From Chiloscyllium plagiosum (taxonomy: Eukaryota), in assembly GCF_004010195.1 (NCBI RefSeq), contig NC_057711.1:72695226-72759225 (forward strand): 64,000 nucleotides of DNA, in the 5' to 3' direction. Shown piece after piece: positions 1 through 12,483 of this stretch. The translations under genes were made by a program, and so were the position numbers. The stretch's first letter is position 1. The number at the start of each line of letters is the position of its first letter. The notes beneath the pieces are model-generated. The model ran no database searches, was not told the DNA's origin, and saw nothing but the letters and a program-made list of their open reading frames with translations.

Positions 1-720
1 AGGTAGGTTAAAATCTCCCATGATAATTGCTGTCCCTTTTTGACAAGCTTCTATTTTAATTCCTTTACACCTTATCCTAGCCAGAGTTTATGCTCAAGGG
101 CCTTTACACCACTCCCACAATGACCGTATTCAATGGCCTTATCATTCCTCTGCCAGACCCAGACTGCGCTGTACCCTGGTTTACTGAATTTAGGTCCTCC
201 TGTCTATTGTGCCAATATCATCTGTAACATGGGCTCTCCTTCACTCTTTTGTAGCTTTCCATCTTTCCTTAATGTCACATACCCTTAAATATTTAGTTCC
301 CAATTGAGGTCATCCTGTAGCTACATCTCAGATGTGGCCACTAATACTTACTTAATTCAATTTATACAACTCATTCATCTGTTTTGTTTTGAATGTGAAA
401 TGCATTCAAATACAGTGTCTCACATTTAGTTTTTTCATTACTTTTCTGATTTGTATGCATAGCTGCTGATTTTATGTTAAATTTGCTTCTCTGTCCCTTC
501 CTGTCTTTGTCTATTTATCATAACTCCTTCCTTTGTTGTTTTTTTCCCACTCCTTGGATTCACCACAACATCTCAAATTTTGGTCCTTGTTTCCACCATT
601 AATTTAAAACTTCATTCTACTTCCCTAGCTATACAGTTTGCAAGAACACCGGTCCCAGTACGGTTCAGGAGTTTACCATATCAACAGTATGGAACCCACT
701 TTCCCCATTATCAGTGATGC
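1..720 (-). mobile_element. Degraded CR1 LINE fragment (ORF1 esterase end and ORF2 endonuclease start)
   Basis: Minus strand near 1-40 reads IIMGDFNL (APE endonuclease motif). Near 600-700 it reads ...LNRTGTGVLANCIAREV, like the end of a CR1 ORF1 SGNH esterase. Confidence 0.65.
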
Positions 721-859
721 TAGTGTCCTATGAACCAAAAACTACTTCTCCCACACCAGCCTTTCAGCAATGCATTCAACTCTTTAACTTTGTTTACCCA
801 ATACCCAATATTCTCAGTTGCTCAAGTGATAATCCTGCTTCACTGCGCGACTGTCTGCA

Positions 860-1830
860 GCACACTCTTCCCACAATCTTCAGATTTTCAGAGAAACCTT
901 TCATCATCTGAAGAACAGAGTGTGTGTTGACACAGACCTCAAGGTCAGCATCAAGCTCATGAACTGCAGGCAGCAGAATTACAAACTCTTCGGAAACATT
1001 AGAGGCTTGGATAACATATACCTGACTCCTCAAATCCCTTGAGAAATATCACCAGTCAAGCCTCCCACATTACTCCAAATACACTAATAGGATAGATACT
1101 CCATCATCAGTGCCTTCTCTCATGACAAACATTCTGAGTATCAAGACAATGATTAGGATCAATCAGCTGGTCAGATCACATCATCTGCATGCCTGACACT
1201 AAATCTCCAAAATCTCTGCTCCGAGTTTTGCTGCAGAAACTGGTTACCAAGAAAGATGAGGAGAAAGTGAGGACTGCAGATGCTGGAGATCAGAGCTTAA
1301 AAATGTGTTGCTGGAAAAGCGCAGCTGGTCAGGCAGCATCAAAGGAGCAGGAGAATCAATGTTTTGGGCATAAACCCTTCTTCAGGAATCTTCTTCAAGA
1401 TTCCTGAATAAGGGCTTATGCCCGAAATGTCGATTCTCCTGCTCCTTTGATGCTGCCTGACCTGCTGCGCTTTTCCAGCAACACATTTTTAAGCATAAAC
1501 CAAGAGAGATGAAAAAGATTCAATGATATCGTTGAAGCATTGCTGAAAAGATGAAATATCCCCACCAACTCACAGGAGTCTCTAATCCAAGACTGCCAAA
1601 ACTGGAGAAGAGGTGTCTGTGAAGATGTCAACTATTTTGAATATCTCTGACAGGTCTAGATGGCAGTCAAGGGCAAACGGCAGAAAGAGTATCCAAAAAG
1701 CTGAGCATCTTACCCACTGCCTCTTCAACACCAACTATGGCACTTGCAAGATGGTTTGTGGATCTAATATCAAACTATTTAGCCATCTCAGGGCTCACAA
1801 CCTGGAGGTTTTCTTTGATCTTGAGGAGCT
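860..1830 (+). mobile_element. Degraded RTE-clade LINE 3' fragment, interrupted by a PLE palindrome
   Basis: Translations include HIICMPDTKSPK, KRFNDIVEALLK...WRRGV and the terminal CKMVCGSNIKLFSHLRAH. These match RTE C-terminal motifs (GHV.RMPD.R.PK, KRF.D.LK, C..C.S.IGL.SH.R.H). Confidence 0.65.
1260..1498. mobile_element. Short palindromic Penelope-terminus element with two degenerate hammerheads
   Basis: Inverted arms span about 1295-1494, centred near 1395. Flanked by accaagaaagatga (1246-1259) and accaagagagatga (1499-1512). Hammerhead-like cores ctgaata-a-gggc-ttat-gccc-gaaa-tg-tc (+, 1404-1431) and a mirror copy on the - strand. Confidence 0.8.
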
Positions 1831-2739
1831 GCCTAAAAAGGTAGAAGCTAAAACTTCATTAACAAACTGTTAAAAATATAATTTTCAAAATCATGTTAGA
1901 GAATGTTTGTTTCTCATGAATACAAAATTAGTTTTTCAATGTCAGTGATTTTCATTATTAAGTATCAACTGAGCCCATTGTGAAAAATCCAGTTATATTT
2001 CCACAAAGGAGGGTAATTTTCAAGCAACGTTAGAGTGAACATTTCCACCAGCACTACTGCAATGTCCAGATCACTGGCTCTGCTCTGGAATATCTATTTA
2101 TTGACTATTGAGTACCTGTTTTATATAATATTTTTCATTTCATCTGCCATCTGATTTAGTTTGGATGGATAGCAATAAGTAAAAATTGTTGGTCCACATT
2201 TATGTCCATATTGTGGTGTCTGAAATTTAACATTTCAATTTATATGAGAACAGAATGATTTGAATGAAATGAAATGGTGAAGTCAGTAATTAACGTGTTA
2301 ATATTACACCATGCACTTTCAATATACAAGAGTTTGACAATCCCAATTGTAGTTGTGTGAATAAATATGAAAGGATTGGAAAATATTCCCAGGAGCCAAG
2401 TGAAGATCTAGCTTCCTAATCTTCTGCTGATTCAGGAAGCAGCTTTTTTGTTGTCTATTGCCTTTGCTGAAATGTTGTGGTGATGATGGGGCCAAAGCTG
2501 GGGCTGATGGAGTTGGAGATGGCAGGTAGCTGGTAAAGGAACAGTGGATGGTGCAAACCCTCTGATATCCTAAGGGATGTGATGTATCTCATGTACTGAC
2601 AAGGTTTTTAATGATTCAAGAAGAATTGGGCAAATTCAGTTAATAAAACACTGGGGTGAATGATATAGTGATTTGCTGTAAAATTAAACACCCAGACCAA
2701 AGCCCTATCCAGTACTAATTTGTCTGGACTTACACATTT

Positions 2740-3457
2740 AACAGTAAGGCCCTGGAGAGTGCAGCTGAACAAAGAGATCTTGGAGTGTAGGTTCATAGCT
2801 CCTTGAAAGTGGAGTCACAGGAGGATAGTGAAGAAAGCTCTTAGTATGCTTTCCTTTATTGTTCAGAGCATTGAGTATAGAAGTTGGGTGGTCATGTTGC
2901 AGCTGCACAGGACATTGGTTCAGCCACTTTTGGAAAATTGTGTGCAATTCTGTTCTCCCTCCTATCGGAAGGATGTTGTGAAACTTGACAGAATTCAGAA
3001 AAGATTTACAAGATCGTTGCCTGGGTTGGAGCGTTTGAACTACAGGGAGAGGCTGAATAGGCTGGTGTTGTTTTCCCTGGAGCTTCGGAGGCTGAGGGGT
3101 GACCTTATAGAGGTTTGTAAAATCACGAGGGGCATGGATAGGATAAATAGACAAGGTCTTTTCCCTGGGGTAGGGGTGTCCAGAACTAGAGGGCATAGGC
3201 TTAGGGTGAGAGGGGAAAGATATAAAAGAGACCTAATGAGCAACTTTTTCACGCAATGAGTGGTGCATGTCTGGAATGAGCTGCCAGAGGAAGTGGTGAA
3301 GGCTGGTACAGTTACAAAATTTAAAAGGCATCTGATTGGGTATATAAATATAGAGGGATATGGGCCAAAGGCTGGCAAATGGGACGAGATTAATTTAGGC
3401 ATGGAGAAGTTGGACTGAAGGATCTGTTTCCGTATTGTACATCTTTATGACTCTATG
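2740..3457 (+). mobile_element. CR1 LINE 3' fragment (RT C-terminus and 3' UTR)
   Basis: ORF 2828-3259 (LVQPLLENCVQFCSP...LRGDLIEV...SRTRGHRL). Ends in a (tatgactc)n-type tail. Confidence 0.9.
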
Positions 3458-4909
3458 ATGTCAGCCCTGGTATTTTCTGTATGTAGTGTAAATCCAATTT
3501 CCACATTGATTATTAATATATATTTGCCAGTGTAATCTGATGCATTGTGTAGCTGAATCAAAGGGAACCATCCTCGTTCTGGTTGACTTAATTTTTGTTC
3601 AGTGTGACACCGGTTCCGAGATGGTATAACTGTATATTTACATCTTGCAAAATGAATTTGGGTAATTTGCTGAAAAGGGATTTTTGCCTTTGAGTACTTA
3701 CTGCTGTATGCGTAGAGAAGGCTTTCAAATTTTAAAAAAGTTTGAATATTGTTTTGGGGGAGAGGGCAATAATAGGTGCATCTCAGGGAAATGCATAGTT
3801 ACTGTGACATATATTTAATACATAAGTGAATACATGTTCTGAAGAACACATAGGACTTGAGTGGAAGGCAGTTTAGCTGTTATCATTGAAGTTTTAAGAC
3901 TAATATTTTGAAGAAGTCTATACTATTAATGACAGAAATGCAACTCTTGTGAACTTAAAAGTGTATGGGTGTTCATGAAGGAAATCAAATAGAGTTATAC
4001 AGAAAAACATTTTTTTTATATTCCATACCAGTATCATTATTATGGTTTTATAACTTTGCAATAATATCTTTATTACTGAACTTTTTTATTACTAAACAAT
4101 CATGGCTCATAAACTTTTAATGACTAAAATTCTGGAAACAATTAAATCTTTGCTCATGAATAAGAACTCTTTCATTTGAATTACATTAAAAATAATGTCT
4201 ACTTGGCTGGATTTGAATGGTTTGTGTAGCTACTCCAATGGTGGTTGAAATATCCATTTAAAACAATACTCAAATCACAAATTTCAACTGAATAACTGAT
4301 TTATTAACTAGAAATAGTTGTTGACAATGTTAATGTGTGAATATTCATTGCACTCATACCAAATTTTTTTGGAAACCTGTATAACAACAGTGGCTACACA
4401 GTAGGTATTGATGAGCAAGAATTGATGGGTCACAAGTGGACAGTTCTACATATAAAATTCCTGAAAAAGCAGTAAGGACACTTATATCGTAGTAATCAAA
4501 GTTTAACCATCTTCACTGTGTGTAACATGGATTGTTTTTCACTTTGCAGTAATATTATTTTCTTTATCACTGGGGATTTTGAGCTCTACGCATTACATTC
4601 AAAAACAGCAGAATAAAAGGCTAATATAAGTATTTTGGGGAAATTCATTTGGACTAAAATATAAAAATAAGTGCTTTACAGTAAATAATTTGGACATTAT
4701 TAAAGGGAGACAAATTCAAAGCCTTTTTGTCTGATACACATATGAGAAATCAGGCTTATAAAAAGTTAATGAACCAAGACAGCATAAGAGGAGGGAGCTG
4801 ATTGACTGAACCACAGTTAGCATGGCAATGCAGCAGAAACATCAAATTGCCCAATCCCTGTGCGTAAACCAGGCAAGTAGATTCTGGTCAGTTTTCGTGG
4901 TGGCTTGGA

Positions 4910-5925
4910 AATGGTGGTGCAGTACTGCCACTGCAATCATTCATTGCAAACCCCAAATTAATGTTCTGATATCAAAGGTTCAAATCCGGCCATGGCACGT
5001 AATGAAATTTGAATTAAGAGTCATAGAGCCATCAAGTTGTATTGCAAAAAAATGATCCTTCAGTCCAACTCATCGATGTCGACCAGATATCCTAAATTAA
5101 TCTAGCCTCAATTGTCAACATTTGGCTCTTATCACTCTTAACCCATCCTATTCATATACCCATCCAGATGCATTTTAAATACTGTAATTGTACCAGCCTC
5201 CACCACTTCCTCTGGCAGCTCATTTCATACATGCATTACCCTCTGCGTGAAAAAGTTGCCTCTTAGGTCCCTTTTAAATCTTTCTCCTCTCACCTTCAAC
5301 CTATGCCCTCCTCCACACCAGGGAAAAGAGCTTGGCGATTTACCCTATCGATGCTGCTCATGATTGTATAAACCTATATAAGGTCACTCCATAGCCTCTG
5401 ATGCTCCAGGGAAAATAGCCCCAGCCTATTCTGCCTCTCCCTTTAGCTGAAACCCTCCAACCATGGCAAAATCTTTGTAAATCTTTTCTGAATTTTTAAA
5501 AGTTTTACAACACAACAAAAATGTCTAGAATTAAGACCTCACCAAATAAAACCCATATAATTGATTGCAGTTAATCTCATCAGGCTCATTAATGCCTTTT
5601 TGGGAATGAGGTCTGAATTCCTTACCTAGTCTGGATTACACATGATTCCAGACCCATAGCAATGTGGCTGAATCTTTTATTTTTTAATCAACCTGTTCAG
5701 AGTTGCTATTACATACTTCTTGCGCCAGTGGGACTTGAGGCTGGACCTCCGGGTCCAGCGGTAGGGACACTACCACTGTGTCACAAGAGCCCTTCTGTGA
5801 CTGAGTCTTTGCTACCGTCCGAAATAACCCATCGTGCCATTCAGATCAAGGGACATTTATGGATGGGCAATAAATGCTGGTCCTTGCCAGTGATGCCGAT
5901 ATCCCATGAAAGAATAACAATAAAC
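4910..5925 (+). mobile_element. Old shark tRNA-derived SINE split by a CR1 fragment and a short tRNA-like repeat
   Basis: Head with ggttcaaatcc B-box near 4977. Body resumes about 5520 and ends in gggcaataaatgctggtccttgccagtgatgcc...aataa. The same body recurs at 35860-36060 (+) and 53190-53470 (-). Confidence 0.55.
5018..5510 (-). mobile_element. CR1 LINE 3' fragment
   Basis: Starts with the reverse tail gagtcatagag. Reverse-complement similarity to 2990-3457. Confidence 0.85.
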
Positions 5926-5995
5926 AAAGACTTTCTGTCTCCATGATCTCCATTTTCCCAATGCAAATGGTACAATATTGTCGTGATTGGAACCA

Positions 5996-6205
5996 TGTAG
6001 ATCTTATTGACCATGAGATCCTTGACTGGGGTTGTTAATCTGGGCCAATCAGGAAGCCCTGACTGAGCAATACAAACAGGAGGTTCAGAACCTCCTCACC
6101 TCCGAGACTAGCAAGCCCAGCTGGCTGGCCACAGTCAGTATATTGTGTACATATAAATGAAGGGTGACTTCGTGATGGGATACCAGCTTCTATGCAGTTA
6201 TTTCA
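5996..6205 (+). mobile_element. Probable solo LTR
   Basis: About 210 bp, TG...CA termini (tgtag...ttatttca), with a CCAAT box and a degenerate poly(A)-signal-like site. No clear TSD. Confidence 0.4.
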
Positions 6206-6374
6206 AGTAGATGCACAAGCTACTTTGTCCACATTAAACAGGTTCCTGTGTTTTGATATATGTAGCTTCTTACATGCATTCTATTGTAAACTCGGTTGCA
6301 AAACTTAAATTGGCTTACAGCGTAATTTTTGCACAATCTGGATTATTTCGTAAATGTTGCTCATTAGCAGATTC

Positions 6375-6515
6375 ACATCTTCGAAATGAAAGTCATATTG
6401 GACTCAAAACGTTAACGTTGTTTGTCTCTCCACAAATGCTGCCAGACCTACTGAGTTTCTCTGGTACTTCCTGCTTTTTATTTCAGAATTCTAGCATCTG
6501 CAGTACTTTGCTTTT
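6375..6515 (+). mobile_element. Old Penelope terminal fragment with decayed hammerhead
   Basis: gaaagtcatattggactcaaaacgttaac...atgctgccagaccta...tagcatctgcag resembles the PLE end at 62640-62772. Confidence 0.6.
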
Positions 6516-7199
6516 ATTCACATTTAATGTTGAACATGATGTTCTGAGACTTGCTTCCTGCTGCATCTCCACGTTGGCACCAATCTGTCCAATCAGCATC
6601 CTCTTCTCATTCTCAATGGGTGCCATTCTTTTCTCAAGTCTTGTGTCCTTGTCCTTTTGAGTACAATGCAAAAAGCTTCTATTTCATGTCTTCTTTTGCA
6701 ATGATCAAGATATATAATCTTGCTCCAGCATGATGCAACTCCTATAGTTCAGTGTTTATGATCTTGTTTAAAGTGCTTAACCTTCTCAGATATGGAGTAA
6801 CTAGTAGAAAAAGGTAAGTTTGTCAAAGTATAAACATTTGTCTGCATATGAAGTCACGGTCATGTTTCTGCAACATTCACATTCATTTTTTTTATCCAAC
6901 TTTTTTTTAATCATACTAGGTTTTTTCCTTCCACCATTCTGTCTGGAGCTTTTTTTTTTAGATTGAGCACTCGTCAGGTATATTTTAATTTTGTACAATA
7001 ATGCAAAATATTTTGACATTCATTTCCAATATACAATGAGCTATAAACATTAAACACTCTTGCATCAAACCATAATCCACCTGGTGATGTGAAGAATTTC
7101 CCATTATCAATGATAAAGTTATCTTTTAGTGGTTTTTCCAGTAATCAGTTATCTCTGTAATCTCCTCAAGCTCCACAACCCTCAAAATGTCTGTAGACG

Positions 7200-7511
7200 T
7201 AGATTGCTTACTGTGTGAAAACAGGCCCTTCGGCCCAACAAGTCCACACCGACCCTCCGAAGAGCAACCCACCCAGACCCATTCCCTTACATTTACCCCT
7301 TCAACTAACACTACGGGCAATTTAGCATGGCCAATTCACCTAATCTACACATTTTTGGACTGTGGGAGGAAACCGGAGCACACGGAGGAAACCCACGCAG
7401 ACACAGGGAGAATGTGCAAACTCCACACAGACAGTTGCCCGAGGCTGGAATTGAACCTAGGTCTCTGGCGCTGTGAGGCAGCAGTGCTAACCACTGAGCC
7501 ACCATACCGCC
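7200..7511 (-). mobile_element. HE1-type V-SINE
   Basis: Minus strand has a tRNA-like head (ggtggctcagtggttagcactgctgcctcacagc...ggttcaattcc), the V-domain (gtgtggagtttgcacattctccc...ggtttcctcccacagtcc) and a CR1-like tail. Confidence 0.9.
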
Positions 7512-7849
7512 TGTGCTTATTTAATTATGGTCTCATAAGAATGTCCATTTTTAATTGCACCAGCATATGTTGCCCTGTCATCAGTTACCAAAATACTAGA
7601 ATTATGTCCTTGCACCATTCCACGACATCCAATAGAGGATGGCATAGAGACTTCACTGAGGAGTACAGAGGAGCCTCGATTATCCGAATATCAATTATCC
7701 GAAAATCGGATTTTCCAAACAGGATCTGAAGGTTCTGTGAAACGGTTATAACAAAGTGGTGTTACCGACAATGGTGACACCATCCTGTCTTTTGTTAACA
7801 GTACAGGGTAAATGAGGGTTGCCTGCATTGAAGGTGATGTGCAAATGTT

Positions 7850-8171
7850 TTAGATTAGATTAGATTAGATTACTTACAGTGTGGAAACAGGCCCTTCGGC
7901 CCAACAAGTCCACACCGAACCGCCGAAGCGCAACCCACCCATACCCCTACATTTACCCCTTACCTAACACTACGGGCAATTTAGCATGGCCAATTCACCT
8001 GACCTGCACATCTTTGGACTGTGGGAGGAAACCGGAGCACCCGGAGGAAACCCACGCAGACACGGGGAGAACGTGCAAACTCCACACAGTCAGTCGCCTG
8101 AGGCGGGAATTGAACCCGGGTCTCTGACGCTGCGAGGCAGCAGTGCTAACCACTGTACCACCGTGCCGCCC
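7850..8171 (-). mobile_element. HE1-type V-SINE (young copy) nested in the Tigger element
   Basis: Full tRNA head, V-domain and (tagat)n tail. atgtt occurs on both flanks. Confidence 0.92.
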
Positions 8172-8384
8172 ACTATGTTGCATCAAAGAGCTGTTAATGA
8201 CACTGATGCAACAAGCTTAGTCAGTCAATTGTCGCAGTGTTGAAAGAATTTTAACACATAAAAATGTCTGACATGCTGAGGGATTTAAAATGCATGAAAA
8301 GTCATTGGTGTCTTCATTCCCTGTACGGCTATTTTCCGAGTTCATATCTGGTTTAACTGATCAAGTTTGTTGTATGTACTTACC

Positions 8385-9972
8385 ATGTCTGTGAAGAGAA
8401 AGTGGACCACAGTGACAATTGAACAGAAAAGCGAGATTTTACAGCATCTGGATCGTGGTGAAAAGGCATCAAAAGTTGCACAGGAGTACAACATTGGCAT
8501 AGCGACAGTGTCCAACATCAGGACAGCAAGATCGGCGATTTAGAAATTCAGCAGCCAAAGTGACACTGCAAATGCCCCAAAAAGAAAATCCATGAAGCCA
8601 GCAAAGGATGAGCATCTCAACCAAGCTGTACTTTTGTGGTTTTCACAGCAGCGTGAAAAGGGAATTCCTGTACCTGGCCCGATGATACTGGAAAAAGCTG
8701 CCAATTTCCATGAACGCCTCCACACCGGTGAGTCTGATCGCAGTGTATCATTGGGCTGATTACAGCGCTTCAAACATTGCCACGGCATTAGGCAGCTCAG
8801 CGTTCTTGGAGAGCAGAAGTCTGTGGATGACAGCACCATGGAAGGCTACAGACAGAAACTGCAATCCATCATTCATGAAGGAAAGTATGAACCTGAGCAA
8901 TTGTACAACGCTGATGAAAGTGGATTGTTTTGGCGAGCACTGCCAGATAAAACACTTGCATCCACCGCAGAAAAGTAGGTGTCAGGACATAAACCGCAGA
9001 AGGATCACATCACAATTTTCCCTTGTGTCAACGCCACCATCACTCATAAATCCACAGTGCTTCAAGAACTGTGACAAGAACCCGTTTCCTGTGAAGTACA
9101 AAGCACAAAATAAGGCACGGATGACACATCCACTTTTGTCATCCTGGTTCCATGAAGATTTTGTACCTGCTGTCAGATCACATTTGGCAAGCGCTGGGTT
9201 CGAGCAACACGCCCTTCTGCTTGTTGACAACACGGGAGCACACACCATGAAAGACAGCAGTTAGAATCAGCAGAGCTATCCAGTGTTCATTTTTACCACC
9301 CAACACCACTTCAAGGTTACAGCCGCTTGATCAGTGAATCATCGCAATTATGAAACAGTATTATCGCTGTAACATGTTGTGTGCCGTCCTGGGTGAAGAC
9401 AATGCAGAAGGACTGCAGGAAATTATGAAGGTGTTCATAGTCAAGGATGCTCTGTTCATGATTGCTGAATCTTGGGACCGCATCAAGCCATCAACAATCA
9501 CAGATGTTGGTACAATGACTTGCATGTTGGGAGCCATGCCAGTGAAGAGAGCACCCGTCCAGAACAAAGGCTAACCACTGACATCTCCGAAAACTGCAGA
9601 CAGCTGGGTTTAAGAAACTTTGTAGAGACTGAGATTGATGCTTGGGTGAACTCTGACAACAGCATCGGAACAGAGACACTCAATGATGATCAGATAGTCA
9701 ACATAGGCATAGAAGAACAGCAGGAAAGTATGGACCATCTGAAAGGTAAGGAAAATCTGATACCGACGCATCCTCCAGTCCGCTTTAATGAAGCTATTGA
9801 CAGTTTGTGACTTTTCAGGGAGTGGTACGAAGAAGAAGATGAAGTTGATGCCATTAAGATGATGCATCTTTGCCAAATGTTATCATTCGCAAAAAAAAAG
9901 AGACAGAAGCACCTCAAGCAACAGCGACTGGATATTTTCTTCGGAAATAATAACCAACCTCCACCTCAATGA
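8385..9972 (+). pseudogene. Tigger/CENP-B-like DDE transposase, disrupted by stops and frameshifts
   Basis: MSVKRKWTTVTIEQKSEIL...YNIGIATVSNIR (HTH), LNQAVLLWFSQQREKGIPVPGPMILEKA (CENP-B HTH), YNADESGLFW, LLLVDNTGAH, FLPPNTTSRLQPLDQ, and C-terminal QQRLDIFF. Confidence 0.9.
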
Positions 9973-10269
9973 ATTCTATTTACTGTACAGGTACACAAAA
10001 ATTGATCTGATTTGTAAAATGTCATGAATTTTTAAGCGACATCCAGTGTTTGTACAAATATTAGCGACCAAATGAAACAAAAACTCTGTAAACATGCTTT
10101 TTAACGCAATGATGTGTAGTGCGGCTTCCTTTGTTTTAGGTCAAATCAATTAACCGGATAATCAATTATCCAAATGAAAACCTGCCTGCCCATCGACTTC
10201 AGATAATCAAGGTTCCTCTGTATTCTGAGAGAAGTCAGCTTAGTGACCATGACTGATCAGCGAGTAAGG

Positions 10270-12483
10270 AAGAACCTGTTGTTAAGGAGCGGTAAGCCCC
10301 AAACACTACATCATTGTAGTGTTTCCATCCTTGCCTCCTCGTCTAACTGAAAATAGGAGAGAGAGATTGAGACAGGCTATTAGGAAGTTTGTTGCAGCCT
10401 AGAGGGTATTTTGTCTATTTGTAAAAATTGCATTGTAATTTAAGTAACCATTTAGTACTGGTATAAGTGTGGGCTTAAGTGAATACTGGAGTAAGGTGGG
10501 CAAGGTAAAGGCAGGCGAAGATTCTTTTATTTTTCTTAGTGTAAATAGACAGAGATATCAGTTAGGGCAGTGGTGTGCTCCTCTTGCCTGATGTGTTAGA
10601 TCAGGGAGCAGTCTGGTGTCCCTGACGATGATGTCTGCAGGAAGTGTAACGGCTGCAGCTCTTCACAGACTGCGTTGTTCGGTTGGAGCAGCAGTTGGAC
10701 ACACTGAGGAGCATACAGAGCGCGTGATAGACACTGGTTACAGGAAGCAGTTAGGTAGATGGGTGACCACCAGGAAACGCAGTCAGGTAGTGCATGATTC
10801 TCCTGTGGCTATTCCTTTCTCTAACTAGTATACCGTTTGGATACTGTTTGTGGGGAATAGCCTCTCAGCGGAGTATAACATCAGCGGCCAGGCCTGTGGC
10901 ACCACAACTGGCTCTACTGTAGTGTAGGCTCCAGCAAGATCCAAATGAGCGATAGTGGTCGGAGACTCGCTAGTTAGAGACACAGACGGGCATTTCTGTG
11001 GCCGAGTTTGAGGCTCCAGGATGGTGTGTTACCTCCCTGGTGACAGGGTCCGGGACATCTCCGAGCGGTTACATGAATTTCTTAAGGGCAAGGGTAAGTA
11101 GCCAGAGGTCATTGTCCACATTGATACCAATGCCATAGGTAGAAGGTGGGATGAGGTCTGACAGAGTGAGTACAGGGAGTTAGGTCAGAGGCTGAAAAGC
11201 AGGACCTCGAGGGTCGTAATCTTTGAATTACTACCAGTGCCAGTGAGATAATAAATAGAAAGATAGGAGAGATAAATGCGTGGCTAAGGAGCTGGTGCAG
11301 GGGGCAGAGTTTCAGGTTCTTAGATCATTGGGACTTCTTCTGAAGCAGCAATAACCTGTACAAGAGGAACAAATTGCACCTAAACTGGAGGGGAATCAAT
11401 ATCCTCACAGGGATGTTTGTTAGTGCTACCCGGGAGGGTTTAAACTAAAGTGGCATGGGGTTGGGAATCAGGGCAGAAGATCAGCAAGTGGAGGGATTGT
11501 GGGGAAGGTACATTAGGACCTATAAGTCTGAAAGGACATGCAGGGAGAGACAGGTAAATGAACACAATGTGACTAATGGACTGAAATGTGTCCATTTCAT
11601 TGCAAGGAGTATTATAGATAAGGCAGATGAGCTTAGAGCTTGGATCAGATCATGGGACTATGATGTTGTGGCCACGACAGAGACTTAGTTGAGAGAAGGA
11701 CAGAACTGGTTGCTCAACATTTCCAGGGTTACATTGTTTAAGATGAGATAGAGAGGAAGATAAAAGAGGTGGAGGAGTTGCATTATTAATCAGGGAGAAT
11801 GTCACATCTGCACTCAGAGAGGACATAATGGAGGGCTCATCCACTGAGGCAATATGGGTAGAGTTCAAAAATAAGATGGGTGCAATCTCTCTGATAGGGG
11901 TATACTATAGGCCACCCCAACAGCCACCGAGACATTGAGGAACAAATATATAGGCAGATTATGGAAAATTGGAATAAAATCAGAGTTGTCATAATGGGTG
12001 ACTTTAACTTCCCCAATACTGACTAAGACTCCCTAGGAGGAAGTGGCTTAGACAGCGCCGAATTTGTTAAGTGCATCTAAGAGGGCTTCTTGAAACAGTA
12101 TGTAGATAGTCCAACTAGAGGAGGGGCATTACTGTACCTTGTACTGGAAATGAGCCAAGCCAGGTGACTGACCTTTCAGTGGGAGAGCATTTTGGAAACA
12201 GTTATCATAACTCTTAAATTTTAAGATAGCTATGAATAAGGATAAGTCAGGACCTTGTGGCAAGTAACTAAATTGGGGAAGGATAAATTTAAGTCATGTT
12301 AGTCAGGAGCTAAGGAGTGTGAATTGGGAGGAGCTGTTATCGGGCAAGTCCATATTTGACAAATGGGAATTGTTTAAAGACCTGCTGATGAGAGTCCTGG
12401 ACCGACTTGTTCCAGCAAGGAGGAAGGTCAAGGACGGCAAAGTAAGGGACCCTTGCTTACTAAGCAAATAGTGAGTTTAGTCA
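10270..12483 (+). mobile_element. CR1 LINE, 5' part (ORF1 Zn-finger/esterase and ORF2 endonuclease), degraded
   Basis: CSSC...CRKC zinc finger, IVVGDSLVR (GDS esterase), LKCVHFIARSI..KADELRAWI, IMGDFNFP. Confidence 0.85.

Larger units (their letters stand above)
7666..10220 (+). mobile_element. Complete Tigger/pogo-family DNA transposon
   Basis: TIRs cagaggagcctcgattatccgaa (7666-7688) and its reverse complement ttcagataatcaaggttcctctg (10198-10220), 3 mismatches. TA on both sides (7664-7665, 10221-10222). Confidence 0.9.

Noticed and set aside
6483..6671. Coiled-coil-looking 62-aa ORF as a host exon
   Set aside because: No recognisable domain, no convincing splice sites, and it runs into a PLE remnant.
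7187..8243. ORFs such as ...DCGRKPEHPEETHADTGRTCKLHT
   Set aside because: Antisense translations of HE1 SINEs, which recur at every copy. Not genes.
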